DNA of 63,297 nucleotides, the filler included, from Octopus bimaculoides (Eukaryota), in assembly GCF_001194135.2 (NCBI RefSeq). It is 6 parts of 5 records of this genome, joined end to end, with 100 filler letters (N's around TTAATTAATTAA, not from the genome) between each part and the next. Parts side by side here need not be neighbours in the genome. Positions count along the whole stretch, not along the records: positions 60,491 to 63,297 come from NC_069003.1; 5 more parts are not named here. One strand, 5' to 3'. Under the pieces are notes generated by a model, which saw only the letters and a program-made list of their open reading frames with translations, ran no database searches and was not told the origin of the DNA. Both the position numbers and the translations under genes were made by a program. Numbering within the stretch: position 1 is the stretch's first letter; each line of letters begins with the position of its first letter. Below, piece by piece: positions 62,272-63,297 of this stretch.

Positions 62272-63222
62272 ATAACACTAGCTTCTGATGAATCGATACA
62301 TTATAGAGGACTGTAAAAGAGAAAAACAAACCTCAATGGCTTAGATTGATCAGCAGAAGGCGTTTGACAATGTTACACACTCGTAGATACTGAAATCTCT
62401 CCACACAAATAATGTGGCTCCAACACTACTAAACTATATCAGCCATGCAATGGTAAACTGGAAAACCAGTATAAAATTGGAAAATGTGGCACAAGTCATT
62501 ACAGCTTCAGCTTAACAAAATGGAAGACTAGTGGAGTGAGAAACTTAGAAAAACCAGGAAACTGTTAACATACCGGAGTCACCACCCCAAACCAGATACA
62601 TACAGAATAGGTCAGCCCCGCTCAGGAAGAGGTTGCGGCCTGACACAGACAGAGAACTAGTATAAAATAACAGTTGAACGAGAAAAATACTGAGAAACAA
62701 AAAGTAGACGACTACTACTGAAGCAACACGAAAAAAAAAGAAGGAAAACGCTTTTCTGTATACACAAGGAGGAGACAAAATGTGAAACAGAAACAAACTA
62801 CACAGAAATACTGATCTCAGATGACAACACAACAAAAATGAACAAAGAGACGAAAAAACAACATGAAAACAAAACTACAAAACATACTAAAGAAGACGTA
62901 TAGAGAGAAAACACTCGATGGGCAATACCTTGCAAGGTTTGACAGAGAAGTACGCCAAGGTAAAACCAACGACGGCTCAAAGCAGGAACGAAAGGACTAG
63001 TTCTCGCTGCACTGGGTAATATGCCAGCACTGCAACATAAAAACTTACAAGGAGTGGTGTGAATATGTGCCAATCAAGGTAGATGACAACGAGCAGGAAA
63101 CAATCATCTGGGGTTTGCCTGTTCAAACTGACAAAGAAATCAAAACTAATGGCCCAGACATAATAATCAGGTATTGGGGGGAAAAACACACCTGCTTCAT
63201 TGCAGTCCCTTCTTACCAGAAT
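62272..63222 (+). mobile_element. Older, internally deleted R4/Dong-like LINE (RT and RLE relics)
   Basis: LLMNRYIIEDCK..MA*ID.QKAFDNVTHS*ILKSL; KTRKLLT..HHPK; HGQY-like; TIIWGLPVQTDKEIKTNGPDIII. Confidence 0.85.
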
Positions 63223-63297
63223 TTAGTAGTAGTAGTAGTAGTAGTAGTAGTAGAGGCGGCCTTGGTGGTGTAGTTGTCATGTTGCAATAGCTGCATC

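Overview
Repeat-dense, microsatellite-rich, AT-rich eukaryotic genomic DNA with about 7 kb of N gaps. The SINE families, extreme (TA)n/(TG)n/(AAT)n load and scaffold style suggest a draft octopus (coleoid cephalopod) assembly; this is inference, not a database match. No host gene could be recognised, only a few weak exon/ORF candidates. Most of the window is intronic or intergenic retroelement debris: several tRNA-derived SINE families, Tx1/L1-clade LINE relics, restriction-like-endonuclease (RLE) LINE relics (R4/Dong-like and HERO-like), Penelope-like element (PLE) fragments and two dead maT-type (DD37D) mariner copies. The main observation is a set of type I hammerhead ribozyme (HHR) motifs found by hand-scanning both strands for CTGAnGA...GAAA and folding the hits. 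Two have a complete core and all three stems (37193-37237 minus, inside a ~260-bp highly structured repeat; 50557-50588 plus). One is nearly intact (13358-13392 minus) and several others are decayed relics, together representing about seven distinct sequence families. PLE-associated minimal HHRs and retrozymes are known in general, but these particular families may be undescribed. All folds and translations were done by eye and need computational confirmation.
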